A program made the translations under genes and the position numbers. DNA of 64,000 bases from the human T2T-CHM13v2.0 reference genome, Homo sapiens. Shown here piece after piece: positions 1-12,900 of the stretch. Location: positions 2,016,001-2,080,000 of the forward strand of contig CP068257.2 in the NCBI GenBank assembly GCA_009914755.4, in the 5' to 3' direction. Below the pieces are notes generated by a model. The model did not search any database. It saw nothing but the letters and a program-made list of their open reading frames with translations, and had not been told where the DNA came from. Within the stretch, counting starts at the first letter, position 1. Each line of letters starts with the position of its first letter.

Positions 1-661
1 ACCGAATGGGGTGGAGTGGAGTTGAGTGGGGTCAAATGGAGGGGAATGGAATGGAATGTAATGGAATGGAAGGGAATTGAATGGAAATGATTGGAGTGTA
101 GTGGAGTGGAATGGAGGGTAGTGGAGTGGAGAGCTATGGAATGGAATTGAATGGAGTGGAATGGAATTGAGTGGAATTGAATGAAATGGAATGGAGTGAA
201 ATGGAATGAAACGGAGTGGAGTGGAAGGGAATGGAATGGAATGGAATGGAATGGAGTGGAATGGAATGGAATGGAATGGAGTGGAGTGGAGTAGAATGGA
301 GTGGAATGTAATGGAGTGAAGGGGAGTGGAATGGAATTGTTTGGAGAGAATTGGAATGGAATGGATTGTAATCGAGTAGTGTGGAATGGAATGGAATGCA
401 GTGTAGAGGAATGGAACATAATGGAGTGGAATGGAATGAATTGGAGTGGAATGGAACTGAGAGGAGTGGAATGGAATGGAAACGAATGGAATGGAATGGA
501 ATGGAATGAAATTGAGTGGAACGCAATGGAGTGGGGATGAGTGGAATGGAATGGACTGAAGTGGAATGGAATGGTATGGAATGGAATAGAATAGAATGGA
601 ATGGGACGGAATTTAACGCATTGGAATGGAGTGGAATGGAGTGGAGTGAAATGGATTGTAA

Positions 662-912
662 TGGAATGGAATGGGATACAATGGAATGGACTGTAATGGA
701 ATGCAGTGGAATGGAGTGGAATGGAGTGGAATGGAGTGCAGTGGAGTGGAGTGGAGGGGAGTGGAATGTAATGGAGTGGAGTGGAATGGAATGGGATACA
801 ATGGAATGGACTGTAATGGAATGCAGTGGAATGGAGTGGAATGGAGTGGAATGGAGTGCAGTGGAGTGGAGTGGAGGGGAGTGGAATGTAATGGAGTGGA
901 GTGGAATGGAAT
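662..912 (+). repeat. Perfect 120-bp tandem duplication (about 2.1 copies) inside diverged array
   Basis: Bases 662-792 are identical to 782-912 (gaatgggatacaatggaatggactgtaatggaatgcagtgg...gagtggaatgtaatggagtggagtggaatggaat). This is mirrored by the 40-aa repeated peptide in ORF 671..1009. Confidence 0.85.
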
Positions 913-3900
913 AAAATGGAATGGATTGGAAAGGAACAGAGTGGTGTGGAGTGGGGTCGAATGGAATGAAACTGAAAAGAATGGAATGGAATGGAATGGA
1001 ATGGAATAGGTTGGAGTGGAGTGGAGTGGAATGGAATCAATGGAGAGGAATGTACTGGAGTGAAACGGAAAGGAATGGAGTGGAGTGTAATGGTATGAGG
1101 TGGAATGGAATGGAGTGGAATGGATTTCATTGGAGAGGAATGGAATGGAGTAGAATGGAATGGACTGGAGTTGAGTGGAGTGTGTTCGAGTAGATGGTAT
1201 TTGAATGGAATGGAATATAATGGGGTGGACTGGAGTGCAACGGAGTGGAGTGGAGTGGAGTTGAGTGGAATGTGTTCGAGTGGATGGTATTGGAATGGAA
1301 TGGAATGGAAAGGGGTGGAATGGAGTGTAGTGTAGTGCAGTGGAGTGGGTTCGATTGGATGATAATTGAATGGAATGTAGTGGCGTGGAATGGAGTGGAG
1401 TGGAGAGGAATGGATTTGAAAGGATTGCAGTGGAAAGGAATGCATCGGGGTGTAGTGGAATGTAAAGGAATGCAGTGGAATGGAATTGAATGTTATGGAA
1501 TTGAATGGAGTGTAGAGAAATTGAATGGAATGGAATGGAATGGAAGGGAATGGAATGGAAGGGAATAGAATGGAGTGGAATGGTGTGGAAGGGAATGGAA
1601 TTTAAAGGATTTGAGTGGATTGTAGTGGAGTGGAGTGGAATGGAATTGTGTGGAATGGAATGGATTGCAATGGAATGGAGTGGAAGGGAATGGAGTGGTG
1701 TGGAGTAGAATGGATTGGAATTAAATGCAATGGAATGGAATGGAGTGGAATGGAACAGAATGGAATGGAGTGGAATGGAATGGAATGGAGTGGAATGGAG
1801 TGGAGTGGATTGGAATGGAATGGAGTGGAATGGAGGGGAGTGCAATGGAATGGAACGGTGTGGAGTGGAGTGTAATGGAACGGAGTGGAATAGAATGTAA
1901 TGGAATGCAATGGCTTGGAATGGAGTGGAATGGAACGGAATGACAAGGAATGGAATGGAATGGAAAAGAACGGAAAGGAAGGGAGTGGAATGGAATGGAA
2001 TGGAATGGAAGGGAATGCAGTGGAATGGAAATTAAAGGAATGGAATGGAATGGAATGGAATGGAATGGAATGGAGTGGAATGGAGTGGAGTTCAGTGGAG
2101 TAGAATGGAATGGTGTAGAGTGGAGTGGAATGCAATGGAATGGAATGGAAAGGAGTGGAGAGGAATGGAGTGGTGTGGAATGGAATGGAATGATATGGAA
2201 TGGAATCGAATGGTGTGTAAAGAAATTGTAGGGAAAAGAGAGAAGAGATGTGGAGTGGAATGGAATGGAGTGAATGTAGTGGAGTGGAGTGGTTTGTAAT
2301 GGAGTGTAATGGAAAGGAAAGGATAGGAGTGGAGTGGAAAGGAGTGGAATGGAATGGAAAGGAATGGAATAAAAGGGCATGGAATGGAATGGAGTCCGGT
2401 TGAGTGGAATGGAATAGAGTGGAGTGGAATGGAAAGGAATGGAATGAAATGGAATGGAATTGAGTGGAGTGGAGTGGAGTGTAATGGAGTGCCATCGAGT
2501 GGAATGGAATTGAATGGAATATAATGGAATAGACTCGAATGGAATGGAATGCAGCGGAATGGAGTCTAGTGGAGTAGAATGGAATGGAGCGGAATGGAGC
2601 GGAATGGAATGGATTGGAGTGAAAAGAATGGAATTGAATGGATTGGAATAGAATAGAGTGGAATATACTGCAGTGGAAAGGAATGGATTGGAGTGAAAAG
2701 AATGGACTGGAACGGATTGGAGTGGAATAGAGTGGAATGTAGTGCAGTAGAATGGAATTGATTGGTATGGAATGGAGTTGAATGGAATTGCGTGTAGTGG
2801 AAAGGAAGGGAATGGAATGGAATGGAATGGAGTGGAGTGGAGTACAGTGGAGTGGAGTGGGGTCGAATGGATTGTAGTCGAATGGAATGGAATGGAATGG
2901 AGTGGAAGGGAGTGGAGTGGAATGGAATGAAAGGCATTGGAAAGGAATATAATGGAATATAATGGAATGGAATGGAAAGAAATGGAATGGATGGGAATGG
3001 ACTGGAATAGAGTGGAGTGGAATATACTGGAATGGAATGGAAGGAATGGAATGGTATGGAAAGGAGGGGAGTAGAGTGGAATGGAATGGAGTGGAATGGA
3101 TTGGAGTGGAATGGAATGGAATGGAAAGAATGGAATGGAGGGCAGTGGAATGGATTGGATTGGAGTGGAATGGAGTGGAATGGAGTGGAGTGTAGTGAAA
3201 AGGAATGGAATGGAGTGGACTGGAATAGAGTGGTATGGAATGGAACGGAGTGCAGTGGAATGGAATGGAATGGAATGGAATGAAATGAAATGGAATGGAG
3301 TGAAGTGGAATGGAATGGAGTTGAGGAGAATGGAATGGAATGGAAAAGAAGGAAATGGAGAGGCGGGGAGTGGAGTGGAATGCAATGAATTTCAATGGAG
3401 TTGAGTGGATTGGAATGGAACAGAATGCAGTGGAATGGAATGGAATGAAATGGAAAGTAGTGGAATGGAATCTAACGGAAAGGAGTGGAATGGAATGGAA
3501 TGGAATACAATGGAATGGAGTGGAATGGAGAGGAGTGGAGTGGAGTGAAGTGGAATGGAATGGAATCGAATAGATTGGAATGCAGTGTAGTGGGTTGGGG
3601 TGGAATGCAATGGAGTGGAGGGATGCGGATTGGAAAGGAATGGAATGGAAAGGAATAGAAGAGAATGAAATGGATTGGAGTGGAGTGTAGTGGAATGGAA
3701 TGAAATGGAATGGAGTGGAATGGAATGTAGTGGGGTGGAGTGTAATGGAATGGAGTAGAGTGAAGTGGAAGGGAATGGAATGGAGTGGAATGCAATGGAA
3801 TGGAGTTGGGTGGAGTTGAACGGAGAGGAAAGTAGAGAAATGGAATTGAGTGGAATGAAAGTGATAAGAGTGGAATGGAGTGGAATGGAATGGAATGGAA

Positions 3901-6900
3901 TGAAAGGGATAAGAATGGAATGAAGAGAAATGGAATGAAATGGAATGGAGTGGAATGGAGGAGATTGGACTGGAGTGGAGTGGAGTGGAGTGGATTGGGG
4001 TAGAGTGGGGAGGAATGGAGTGGAAAAGAATGGAGTAGAGTTGAGTGGAATGGAATGGATTGGAGTGGATTTGAGTGGAATGGAATGGACTGGAATGGAA
4101 TGGAATGGAATGGAATGATGTGGAATGGAATGGAGTGGAGAGGAGTGGAGTGGAATGAAGAGGAGAGGACTGGAATGGAATGGAATGGCATGAAACGGAA
4201 TGGAACGGAATGGAATGGAGAGGAGGGGATTGGAGTGAATTGGAATGGAGTGGAAGGTAGTGGAGTGCAGTGGATTGGAATAGAATATAGTCGAATGGAA
4301 AGGAAAGGAATGGAACGGAATGTAATGGAGTGGAGTGGTGTTGAATGGAATTGAGTGGAGTGGAAGTCATGGAATGGAATGGAGTGGACTGGAGAGGAGT
4401 TGGGTCGAGTGAAATGGAATGGAATGGAGTGGAGTGGAATGGAATGAAATTCAATGGAATGGAATGAAATGGAATGGATAGGAAAGGAGTGGAATGATCA
4501 GAATGGAATGGATTTGAATGGAATGGAATGGAATGTAGAGGAATGGAGTGGAATTGGGTGGAGTGCAATGGAATGGAGTGGAGTAATGTGGCATGGCACG
4601 GAATGGAATGGAAAGGAATAGAACGGAATGAAATGGATTGGAGTGGAGTGGAGTGAAATGGAGTGGAGAGGAGTGAAATGGAAAGGAATGGAATGGAATA
4701 GAATAGAATGGAATGGAGTAAATTTGAATGGAATGGGATGGAGTGGAGTGGAATGGAATGGAATGGAGTGGAGAGGAGTGGAATGGAATTTAGTGGAGTG
4801 GAAGATCATGGAATAGAATGGAGTGGAGTGGAGTGGGGTCGAGTAAAATGGAATGGAATGGAGTGGAGTGCAGTGGAATGGAATACAATGGAATGGATTG
4901 GAAAGGAATGGAATGGAATGGAGTGGAGTGGAATGAAAATCCATGGAGTAGAGTGGAATGGAATGGAGTGGAATGGAATGGAGTGTAACGAAATGGAATG
5001 GAATGGAATAGAGTGGAATGGAATGGAATTCAACTGAACGGAATGGAATGCATTGGAATGGAATGGAATTCAATTGAATGGAATGGAATGCAATGGAATG
5101 GAATGGAAAGGAATTGAATTCCGTGGAATGGAATGGAATTGACTGAAATGTAATGGAATGAAGTGGAATGGAGGGGAATGGAATGGCATGAATGGGAGTG
5201 GAATGGAACGTTATGTAATGGAATGGAATGGCATAGAGTGGAGTGGAGTGGAATGGAATGGAGTGGAGTGGAATGGAATGGAGTGGTGTGGAATGAAATG
5301 GAATGGAGTGGAATGGAGTGGAGCGTAATGGAATGTAATGGAAAGGAATGGAAACGAATAGAATGAAATGGAATGGAATGGAATGGAATGGAATGGAGTG
5401 GAAGGTAAAGGAGGGGAGTGGAGTGTAAAGGAGTGGAATGGACTGGAATCGAATGAAATGGAAAGAATAGGAGTGGAATGGAATGGAGTGGAATGCAATT
5501 GATTTAAGTTGAGTGGAATGGAGTGGAGTGGAATGCAAGGGAATGGAGTGTGTTGGAAAGGAATGGAATGAAATGGAGTGGAGTGCAATGAATTGGTATG
5601 GAATGGAATGGAGTGTAGGGGAATTGAATGGAATGGAGTGGAATGGAAAGGAATGGAATGGGGAGGACGGGAGTGGGGTGGAATGGAATGGAATGAAGTG
5701 AAGTGGAAAGGAATGGAACTGAATGGAGAGGAGTGGAATGGAACGGAGTGGAATGGATTTGAGTGGAATGGAATGTAGTGGATTGGAATGGAATGGAGTG
5801 GAATGGAGTGCAGTGGAATGGAAGGGAACAGAGTGGAGTGGAAAGGAATTGAAAGGAACGGAATGAAGTGGAATGGAACGGAGTGGAAAAGAATGGAACC
5901 GAACAATGTGGAATTGAAAGGAGTGGAGTGGAATGGAATGGAATGGAAAGAAGGGGAGTAGAGAGCAAATGAATGGAGTGGAATGGAGTGGAGTCGAATG
6001 GAATGGAAAGGAATGGAGTAGAAAGGAATTGAATGGAATGGAACGAATGGAATGGAATAGAAAGTAAAGGAATCGAATGGAGAGGAGTGGATTGGAGAGG
6101 AATGGAATGGAGTGGAATGCAGTGGAGTGGAAAGGATTGGAATGAAGTGTAGTGGAATGGAATGGAAGGGAGCAGAATGGAATGGAGTGTAGTGGAATCA
6201 AATGGAATGAAGAACAATGGAATGGAATGGAATGGAATGGAATGGAGTGGAATGGAGTGGAGTGGAATGGAATCAGATGGAGTAGAGTGAAATGGAATGG
6301 AATTCCATGGAATCGAATGGAATGGAATAGACTGGTGAAGAATGGATTGGAATGGAAACGAATGAAATGCAACAGAATGGACAGGAGTGGAATGGAAAGG
6401 AATGGAGTGGAATGGAATGGAGTGGAATGGAATGGACTGGAGTGGAAAGGAATGGAGTGGAATGGAATGGAGTGGAATTGAATGGAGTGGAGTGGAATGG
6501 AATGGAGTAGAATCTAGAGCAGTGGAATGGAATTGAACGGTGTAGAATAGAATGGAATGGAATTTTGTGGAATGGAACGGAGTGAAATGGAATGGAGTGG
6601 AGTGTATTGGAGTGGAGTGCAATGCAATGGAATGAAGTGGAATGGAATGGAGTGGAATAAAATGGAATGGAGTGTAGTGGAATTCAAAGGAGTGTAATGG
6701 AATGGAGTAGAATGGAATGGAATGGAATTAAGTGTAGTTGAATGGAATGGAATGGAGTGTAATGGAATGGAGTGGAATGGAAAGGAAAGAAGGGTAGTGC
6801 AATAGAACAGACTGGAATGGAGTGGAGTGCAAAGAAATGGAACGGAGTGGAGCGGAATGGAATGGAAAGGAATGGATTGGAAAGAAATGGAATGGGGTGA

Positions 6901-9900
6901 AGTGGAATGGAATGGAATGGAATGGAGTGGAATAGAATGAAATGGAATGGAGTGTGGTGGAGTGGAATGGAATTGAGTGGAGTTGAAAAGATTTGAATGT
7001 AATGGAATGGAGTGGAGTGGAGCGGTGTCGCGTTGCATATAATGGAATGGAGTGGAGTGATATGGAATGGAATTCAATACAATGGAATGGAATGGAACTT
7101 AGTGGAATGGAATTGAGTGGAATGGAACGGAAGGGAGTATAGTGGAATGGAATTGAACGCAAACGAACGGAAAGGAATGGAATGGAATGGGATGGAAAGG
7201 AATGAAATAGAATGGAGTGTAATGGAGTTGCGTGGAATGGAATGGTATGGAGTTGCGTGGAATGGAATGCAATTTTATGGAATGGAAAGGAATGGAATGG
7301 AAAGGAATTGAAAGGAGTGGAGTGGAGTAGAGTAGAGTGGAATCGAATGAAATGGAATGGAATGGAGTGTAATTTAACATAAAGGAGGGGAGACAAGTGG
7401 CATGGAATACAGTGGAATGGCATGGAATGGAGTGGAGTAGAATGGAATGGAAGGGAATGGAGTGGAGTGGAATCGTATGGAGTGTAATGGAATGGAATGG
7501 AGTGGAATGGAATGGAGTTGAGCGGAGCGGAATCGAGTAGAGGGGAATGGAGTAGAGTGGAATAGAATGGAATGGTGTGTGGTGGAATGGAATGGAATGG
7601 AATGGAATGGAATGGAATGGAATGGAATGGAGTCGAGTGCAATGGAGTGGTTTCGAATGGAAAGGAGTGTACTGGAATGGAATGGAAGGTAATGGAGTGT
7701 AGTGGGGAAGAATGGAGCGGAGTGGAGTGGAATGGAATGGAGTGGAATGGAGTGGAGTGGAATGGAATGGAACGGATTTGAGTTTAATGGAATGGAAGGA
7801 AATGGAATGGAATCGACTTGGGAGAAGGGGAATATGGTGGAATGGAATGGAGTTGAGTGGAATGGAATGGTGTGGAATGGAATGGAATGGAGTGGAGCGG
7901 AATGGAATGCAGTGTATTAGAGTGGAGTGGAATGGAATGGAACGGATTTGAGTGGAATGGAATGGAGTGGAGGTATATAAATTGGTATGCAATGGAATGG
8001 AATGGAATGGAATGGAAAGGAATGGAATGGAATGGAATGGAGGTTAATGGAGTGGAATGGAATGGAATGGAATGGAATGGAATGGAATGGAATGGATTGG
8101 AGTGAAATGGAATGGAATGGGAAGGAGTGCAGTTGAATGGAGTGGAGTGGAGTGGAAAGGAATGGAATGGAATGGAATGGAGGGGACGGAATGGAATGTA
8201 ACGGAATGTAGAAGAGGGGAGTGGAGTGGAATGTAATGGAGTGGAATGTAGTGGAGAGTAGTGATTTGAATGGAATGGGGTGGAATGGAATGGAATGCAG
8301 TCGAAAGGAATGGAGTGGAGTGGAATGGCATGGAATGGAGTAGAATGAAATGGATTAGAATGGAATGGAGTGGAATGGAATGGAACGTATTGTGGAGGAA
8401 TGGAATGGAATGAAATGGAGTGGAATGGAGTGAAATGGAGTGGAATGGTGTGGAGTGGAATGGAATAGATTGGAGTGGATTGGTGTGGAATGGAATTGAA
8501 TGGAGTAGAGTGGAATGGAATGGAGTGGAATGGAGTTGAGTGGAGTGGAATGGAGTGGATTGGAATGGAGTTGAGTGGAGTGGAATGGAATGTAATGGAG
8601 AGGAGCTGAGTTGAGTGGAAAGGGATGGAGTGGAGTGGAATGGAATGGAATGGAATTTTGTTAGAATTCAATGGAATGGAATGTAGTGGAGTGGAATCTG
8701 ATGGAATGGATTGGAATTGAATGGAATGCAATCCAATGGAATGGAGTGGAAAGGAGTGGAGTGGAGTGGAGTGGAGTGGAGTGGAATGGAATGGAGTTAA
8801 GGCAAGTGGAACTGAATGGAATGTAGTAGAGTGGAGTGGATTGCAATGTAATGTAAAGGAATGGTATGCAAATAGTGGAATGGAATGGAATGGAATGGAA
8901 TGAGTGGGGTGGAGTGGAATGCAATTAAGTGGAGTGGAAACGAATAGAATGGAATGGCATGGAATCAAATGGAAGGGAATCGATTGGATTGGATTGGGGT
9001 CCAGTGGAATGGAATGAAATGGAGTGGAGTGAAATGGAATGGAATTCAATGGAATGGAATGGCATGGAATGGATTGGAATGGAAGAGAATGGAATGGAGT
9101 GGAAAGGAATGGAACGGAATGGAGTGGAGTGGAATGGAATGAAATGGAATGGAATGGAGTGGATTGGAATGGAACGGAATGGATCGGAGTGGAATGGAAT
9201 GGAACGGAATGGAACGGAATGGAGTAGTATGGACTGGAATGGACTTGAGTGGAGTTGAATGGAATGGAACAGAATGCAGAGGAGTGCAGAGGAATGCAAT
9301 GGATTGAAATGGAATTTAGAGGAATGCAGTGGAGTGGAGTAGAATGGAAGGGAGTGGAATGGAACGCAGTGGAAAAGAATGTAACAGTGTGGAGGGTTGT
9401 GGAATTTAATGGAGTGGAATGGAATGGAATATAATGGAATGGAGTGGAACAGAATGGAACGGAAAGGAAGGGAGTGGAATGCAATCGAACAGAATGGAAT
9501 GGAGTGGAATGGAATGGAACGGTGTGGAGTAGAACGGAATGGAGTGGAATAGAATTTAGTGGAATGGAATGGACTGGATTGGAGTGGAATAGAATGGAAC
9601 AGGGTATAGTGGAGTGGAACTGAATAGAGTGGAATTGAATGGAGTGGAGTGGAGTGGATTGCATTGGAATGGAATGGAATGGAGTGTAATGGAATGGAAT
9701 CGAATGGAACGGAATGGGTTGGAGTGTAATGGAATGCAGTGGGATGGCATAGAGTGGAATGGAATGGAGTGGAGTGGAGTGGAGTGGAGTGGAATACAAT
9801 AGAGTGGAATGGAGTGGAGTGGAGTGGAATGGAATGGAAAGGAATGGAATCGAATGGAATGGAATGGAGTGGAATGGAATAGAATGGGATGGAATGGAAC

Positions 9901-12900
9901 GGAATGGAGGGGAGTGCAATGGAATTATGTGGAGTGGAGTGGAATTTAGTGGAATGGAATGGACTGCAATGGAATGGAATTGAGCGGAGTGGAATGGAAT
10001 GGAATGGAATGAAATGGAATGGAATGGAATGGAATGCAATGGAATGGAATCAAATGGAATGGAATGGAATGGAGTTAAATGGAATGGAATGGAAAGGAAT
10101 GGAATGGAACGGAATAGAGTGCAGTGCAGTGGAGTGGAAAGGAATGGATTGGAGTGTAATGGAGTGGAATGGATTTAGTGGAGTGGAGAGCAGAGGACTG
10201 GGCAAGAGTGGATTGGAGTTGAGTGGAAAGGAATAGAGTGTAGCGGAATGGAATTAAATGGAGGGTAATAGAGTGGAGTGCTATTCAAAGGAGTGGATTG
10301 GAGTGCAGTTCAATGGAATGGAGTGGAATGGAAAAGAATGTAATGGAACACAATGGAGTGGAGTGGAATGGAATAGAGTGGAATGAATTAGAGAGGAGTG
10401 GAACAGAGTGGAGAGCAGTGGAACAGAATGGAATATAGTGGAATGGAATGGTTTGGAATGAAATGGAGTGTATTGGAATGGATTAGATTGCAATGGAGGG
10501 GAATGGAATGACATTGAATTTAATGGAATGCAATGGAATTGAAAAGAAAGGAGTGGAATGGAGTGGAATGGAATGGAATGGAATGGAACTGAATGGAATG
10601 GAATTGAACGGAGTGTAATGGATTGGAGTGGAATGGAAAGGAGTGGAGCAAAGTGTAGTGGAATGGAATGGAATGCAATAGATTGGATTGGAATGGAGGG
10701 GAGTGGAATGGAATGGAGAGGAGTGGAGTGGAATGTAAAAAAGGAATGGAATGGAGTGGAGTGTGATGGATTGGAGTCGAGTGGAATGTAATAGAATGGA
10801 GTGGTGTGGAGTGGTTTGGAGTGGATTTGAATGTAGTGCTGTGGAATAGAATGGAGTGCAGAGCAGTTTAGTGGAAATGAATGGATTCGAGTGGATTGGA
10901 ATGCAGCAAAATTGGGAGAAGTGGAATGGAATGGAGTGGAGAGGTATGGGAGGGAATGGAGTGGAATAGAGTGGGAGGGAATGGAGTGGATTGGAGAGTG
11001 GTGGAATGAGTAGGAGTGGAGTGGAATGGAATGGACAGGAGTGGTGTGGAGTGGAATGGAATGGAGTAGAAAGGAAAGGACTGGAGAGGAATGGAATGGA
11101 ATGGAGTGGAGTGGAATGGAGGGGAATGGAGTGGAGTGGAACGGATTGGAAAGGAATAGAGTGGAGTGGAATAGAGTGGAGTGGAATGGAATTTAGTAGT
11201 ATGGAGTGGAGTGGAGTGGAGTGGAGTGGAATGGAATGGAATACAATGGAGTGCAATGGAGTGGAGTGGAGTGGAGTGGAATGGAGTGGAATGGTGTGGA
11301 ATGGACTGGAATAGAATTTAATGGAATGGAATGGAGTGGAGCCGAGTGGAGTGGAGTGGAGTGGAATAGATTGGAATGGACTGGAATATAATTTAATGGA
11401 ATGGAATGGAGTGGAGCAGAGTGGAGTGGAGTGGAGTGGAATAGAGTGTAGTGTAGTGGAAAGGAATGGATTGGAATGGAATGGAATGGAATGGATTTAA
11501 ACGGAATGGAGTGGAATGGAATGGATTAGAATGGAATGGAGTGCAGTGGATTTGAATAGAATGGAATGGAATGAAGTGGAAGGGAATAGAATGGAATGGA
11601 ATGGAGTGGATTGGAATGCAATGGAATGGAATGGAGAGGAATGGAATGGAGAGGAGTGGATAGGAGTGGAGTGGAATAGAACGGAGGGGATTAGAGTGGA
11701 ATGGAGTGGAGTGGACTGGAATGGAATGGAGTGAAGTGGAATGGAGTGGAATGGAATGGAGTGGAATGCAGTGGAGTAGAGTTTAGTGTACTGGAATGGA
11801 ATGGAATGGATTAGAGTGTAGTGGAGTGAGTGGAGTGGAGTGGAGTGGAATGGAATGGAATGGAAGGAATGGAATGGAATGGAATGGATTGGAGTGGAAA
11901 GAAGTGGAGTGGAATGGAATGGAATGGAATGGAGTGGAATGTAATGGAAGGGAATGGAATGTAATCGAGTGGAGTGGAATGGAATGGAATGGATTCGAAT
12001 GTAATGTAATGGAGTGGAGAAGAGTGGAGTGGAGTGGAATGGCATGGAATGGAATTTAATTGAATGGAATGGAGTGGAGTGGAGTGGAATGGAGTGGAGT
12101 GGAGTGGAATGGAATTGAGTGGAATGGTATCGATTGGAATTGAATGGGGTGGAGTGGAGTGGAGTGAAAAGGGGTAGGATGTAATGGAGTGGAGTGGAGT
12201 AGAGAAGATTGGAGTGGAGAGGACTCGCATGGAATGGAATGGAGTTAAATGGAATGGAGTGAAATGGAACCGAATGGAATGGAATGGAATAGAATGGAGT
12301 GAAGTGGAGTGGAATGGAATGTAATGGAATGGATTGGAATGGAAGGAATGGAGTTGAGTGGAGTTGAATGGAATGGAGTGGAGTGGAGTGGAAATGAGTA
12401 GAGTTGAGTGGAATTGAGTGACATGAAGTGGAGGGGAGTGGAGTTTATTGAGGTGGAATTCAGTGGAACATAATGGAAGAAAATGAATTGAATGGAATGG
12501 AGTTAAATGAAATGGAGTGTAATGGAATGGAGTGGAATGGAATGGATTGCAGTGGCATGGAATGGAATGGAGTGGATTTTAATGGAATGAAATGGAATGG
12601 AATGGAATGGAATGGGGTGGAGTGGAGCCGAGTGGAAAGGAATGGAGTATAGTCTTGCCGAGTTGAGTGAAGTGAAGTGGAGTGGAGTGGAATGGAATGG
12701 AATGAAGTGGAGTGCACTGGAGTGGAGTGGAATGGAATTGAGTGGAATTGAGTGGAATGATATGGAATGGAATGGAGTGGAATAGAGTGGAGTGGAATGG
12801 GATGGGATGTAATGGAGTGGAGTGATGTGCAGAAGAGTGGAGTGGAGAGGAATTGCATGGAATGGAATGGAATGAAATGGAGTTAAATGGGATGGAGTGG

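Noticed and set aside
1602-4568. Very long ORFs in the six-frame track (e.g. 1602..4568 - 988 aa; 37008..39965 - 985 aa; 48166..50913 - 915 aa; 31518..34241 - 907 aa) and hundreds of shorter ones on both strands
   Set aside because: Products are pure low-complexity repeats (MEWNGMEWNG… / HSIPFHSIPF…). The GGAAT pentamer has no stop codon in any of the six frames, so ORF length simply reflects repeat purity. Overlapping ORFs on both strands and in multiple frames at the same locus confirm they are not coding sequences.
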